Notes under the pieces: generated by a model
The model's input: only the letters and a program-made list of their open reading frames with translations
What the model was told of the DNA's origin: nothing
The model's database searches: none
Part shown: piece by piece, positions 60,436 through 64,000 of the stretch
Position numbering within the stretch: the stretch's first letter is position 1
Layout: each line of letters starts with the position of its first letter
Source of the DNA: Tubiluchus corallicola
Taxonomy: Eukaryota; Animalia; Priapulida
Length of the DNA: 64,000 bases
Assembly (NCBI GenBank): GCA_030141605.1
Contig: JAQGDQ010000793.1
Span: 31,150 to 95,149, forward strand
Reading direction: 5' to 3'
Made by a program: the position numbers and the translations under genes

Positions 60436-61234
60436 CAGGTTTTACATGTCAAATGTTAAGTCATATAAGACCTTCGTTAAGTCAAATGTAGACTTAGGTA
60501 ATTCAAATGTGTCTTGGTAACTCAAATGTAGACTTAGGTAGTTCAAATGTGTTAACAATGGTTTTCAACAAATCTTAAGCGTTTTTGGTAAGTCAAATGT
60601 AGACACATGTCAAGTCAAATGTCATATGTCTGTCTACATTTGACTTACCTAAGTCACATTTGAGTTGCCAAAACACATTCGAAATTCCTATGTCTACATT
60701 TGACTTACCTAAGTCACGTTTGAGTTGACAAAACACATTCGAAATTCCTGTGTCTACATTTGACTTACCTAAGTCACATTTGAGTTACCAAAACACATTC
60801 GAAATTCCTGTGTCTACATTTGACTTACCTAAGTCACATTTGAACTTTCCTGTGTCTACATTTGACTTACTTAAGTCACATTTGACTTACCTAAGTCACA
60901 TTTGAACTTTCCTGTGTCTACATTTGACTTACCTAAGTCACATTTGAACTTTCCTATGTCTACATTTGACTTACCTAAGTCACATTTGAACTTTCCTGTG
61001 TCTACATTTGACTTACCTAACTCACATTTGAACTTTCCTGTGTCTACATTTGACTTACCTAAGTCACATTTGAACTTTCCTATGTCTACATTTGACTTAC
61101 CTAACTCACATTTGAACTTTCCTATGTCTACATTTGACTTACCTAAGTCACATTTGAACTTTCCTATGTCTACATTTGACTTACCTAACTCACATTTGAA
61201 CTTTCCTGTGTCTACATTTGACGTGTAAAACCTA
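60436..61234. mobile_element. TA-flanked foldback MITE with a 42-bp tandem array
   Basis: TA|CAGGTTTTACATGTCAAATGT...ACATTTGACGTGTAAAACCTA|TA. GTCAAATGT motifs in the left arm and ACATTTGAC arrays in the right arm. Confidence 0.7.
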
Positions 61235-61629
61235 TATTAATGGACTATAAGAAAAACGATGTAGCTGATTGATCAACATCAGTTACTAATCTTAGCATGA
61301 TCTCAAAATTATGCTATAATTAGACTAATTAAGCTATAATTAGGTGAATTATTATGCCGATATGCGCAGTTATCGGTCTTTCTCAAAAATTTGATCGTTT
61401 CCACACGCATATTTGCCACCGGCGGTTAATTTTTCGAATCGGGCCCGTCGGGAGGAAAGGGCGGGGGGGCAAAAAACCACCAGAAATGACCGTTTTTCAC
61501 AAAGATTTGCAAAACTTATACCTCTTATTTCTGGAGAATGGGAACATTCCTAGGGCAGTGCTGGTAACAGTTAGATAACACGTTCTATGGTGGGTGTAGT
61601 ATATGGTGTGGTGTGGTGTAATGTGGTAT

Positions 61630-64000
61630 GGTATTGTGTGGTGTGGTTGGTATGGTATGGTGTAGTGTGGTATGGTGTGGTGTGGTATGGTGTAGAGTGG
61701 TATGGTGTGGTGTGGTATGGTATGGTATGGTATGGTGTGGTGTGGCATGATATAGTATGGTGTGGTGTAGTGTGGTATGGTGTAGTGTGGTGTGGTATGG
61801 TGTGGTGTGGTATGGTACGATGTAGTGTGGTGCGGTGTGGTGTAGTGTGGTATGGTGTAGTGTGATATGGTGTAGTATGGTATGATATAGTGTGGTGTGG
61901 TGTAGTGTGGTGTGGTGTGATGTGCTATGGTATGGTATGGTATGGTATGGTATGGTATGGTCTAGGACGAGGTAGTATATTGCACTATGGTGCAGTGGCA
62001 AGGTGTATTTCTTACACTGACTATTTATATATATATATTTACTTGTTTCTTTCTTACTTACAGTTAGATAAACTAAGCCGTTTAACTAGCACGTTCCAGA
62101 ATTGAAGAAAATGTTACACATCCAGAAACAGTTTATGTGCATGACACCAATAAATGTGTTTGACTGGCCAACATTTGGTGACTCCACTACAGAACAGGTA
62201 AATACTAGGGATCTTAAATCGCAAGAAAAAATAAAGCACCACGTGTGTTGTTCTAACGCAAATTAATTCGTTAGTTTTTATGATTTCAATTTGCCTGTTT
62301 AATTAAACAGTCTCTTGGTAATTGTCACTTTTAAAAAAGTTATTCTAATTCTAAATGTCGGGAATAATATACGGTAGGTGCCGCTTAATAGTCTCACTAT
62401 GGGATGGAAGCGTTTTGACCCAATTAACTGACTTAGTTAATTAGCTGACAGGTGTAGTATTAGTTCGTATGAGTCATCAACTCTTCAGCTTGGTATGCAC
62501 TGCAAAGACTGCAAGAGATTTAAAGGACAAGAAAAGGGGTACCTGAAGTAGGCTTCAGAAACTTTATAGCAATTTCATGCGTATATCTTACTCGCACTGA
62601 AAGGAATTTTCTCATTTTAAATCTCCGGCAATATTGTTCCGAAGTCGCCATTACATGACGTCATGCGCCAAACGTAAATCAAGGGAAGAAAAGGCAATGT
62701 TAAATTATGTCTCAAAAGACTTTCCGTGCAAATCTATATTACTTAGATTTTCGCTTACCTGCTAGAAAGACTTATGTAACTAGAAAAGAACTAAGTATTT
62801 AAAATGTTTTCACCAATTTTGCTGACTCACCCTCCTGGGTGCACCACTCAGTAACCAAAAACGTATTTTTAATCTTATTGACAAGATACAGTAATTTTAA
62901 ATTTTATTTAGTTAGTGAAGTGTGCGCTACCAATGCTCTTATTATATTTTCAAACTTTACAAAATGTTATCTAAACTTGTTTCACATGACCTTTCGTGAA
63001 AATGGCTGCGTCTAACGGTCATCGCGGGAGTTTAAATTTACATGTTTTATACAGCGTGACTGCCGATTGAAGTCCTGCACGCAAAAAGGTAGTATGTAAG
63101 TGATATAAAATTTCAAAACGAATTTTTTAATCTTTATGTTTATGAAAGGTTTTCTTGTGCTTTAAATGTTTCATGCTACCTGCTGCATTGTTCAAAATTA
63201 ACTCTTACTTGCTCTTTGATGTTCACGCTTATAAAATCAAAAAGAAAACCGACACATTACTGCAGCTGCATCGGTGGCATAATAGCAACAGTTAACTGAT
63301 TAAACGTTCTGTGAAAACAGCAAGAGCTTCAAAAGCAAACCACTAGACAAGTGATTAAATGTTTATACTCCATAAATTCTCCGGCAAAGAGGTTAATTGC
63401 ACCATCTAGTGGGATTCAAAGCAAAAATGCCAGGCATATTGGCACTTGATAAACATACCTGCTTGCTATCAAAATTTTTAATAAACTAATAGCGGTTTTA
63501 CTGCAGGACAAAATCAAGTAATATGCAAGATCTTTTTTAAGACACTTTTTACTGGTGGTTCGAAAATCTTTCAAACTCAATTCAAATTCGAATAGTGAAA
63601 TTCGGTTCGATTCGAATTCGAAGGTCACAAATTCGGTTTGATTCGAATTCGCAGGTCACAAATTCGATTCGATTCAACTTCAGTTTTTGGTAGAGAATCC
63701 TCACCTCTAATGTTCGTCAGTCAAATGACACCTTGGCGAAAAAACAAAATGGTAAAATACGATACACTCACATTTCGGTTTGCCAAACCCTACCTTTACG
63801 GGTATCGGAAGAATTTGACAAAATTTGTACCGTTAAAATGTCCCACATAGTACTACGAACACAGTCAATTGTTTCGCCTTGATGACCGCTAGTTGGCGGG
63901 CCGTTGCTTTGTTTACGTCATTAAACCCTGTTTACAAGCAAACTGTACATACTGTGGATGCGCCCAGTCCAGGCAAAGAAACGGCAAACATCAGTATTGA
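61630..64000 (+). repeat. Segmental duplication, copy 2 (continues beyond the window)
   Basis: Matches about 51930-54302 up to the last base of the window. Confidence 0.92.
62524..63161. mobile_element. Family A MITE, duplicate of 52825-53463
   Basis: Near-identical sequence and flanks; part of the segmental duplication. Confidence 0.85.

Overview
This is eukaryotic DNA from an invertebrate metazoan, with CpG-rich exons and AT-rich introns full of repeats. I reconstructed four protein-coding loci by hand from splice sites and reading frames. (1) The 3' part of BPTF/NURF301 (+, 18 exons, ending in PHD-PHD-bromodomain). (2) A complete MLST8/LST8 (-, 8 coding exons, 316 aa), whose first coding intron is U12-type. 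(3) A complete RNPS1 (+, 6 coding exons, 246 aa), head-to-head with MLST8. (4) An essentially single-exon gene of about 760 aa with two FYVE-type zinc fingers, resembling fungal Vac1/Pep7 and rabenosyn-5, with a possible N-terminal death-fold domain. Gene 4 lies between two TTAA-flanked MITEs. A near-identical block repeated 9.7 kb downstream suggests it sits in a recent tandem duplication whose second copy runs off the window. The rest is decayed CR1-type LINE fragments, SINE remnants, about ten MITE families and many locus-private mini- and microsatellites, several visibly derived from MITE parts or splice-site sequence. No database searches were possible: family assignments rest on motif recognition, and repeat coordinates are approximate.
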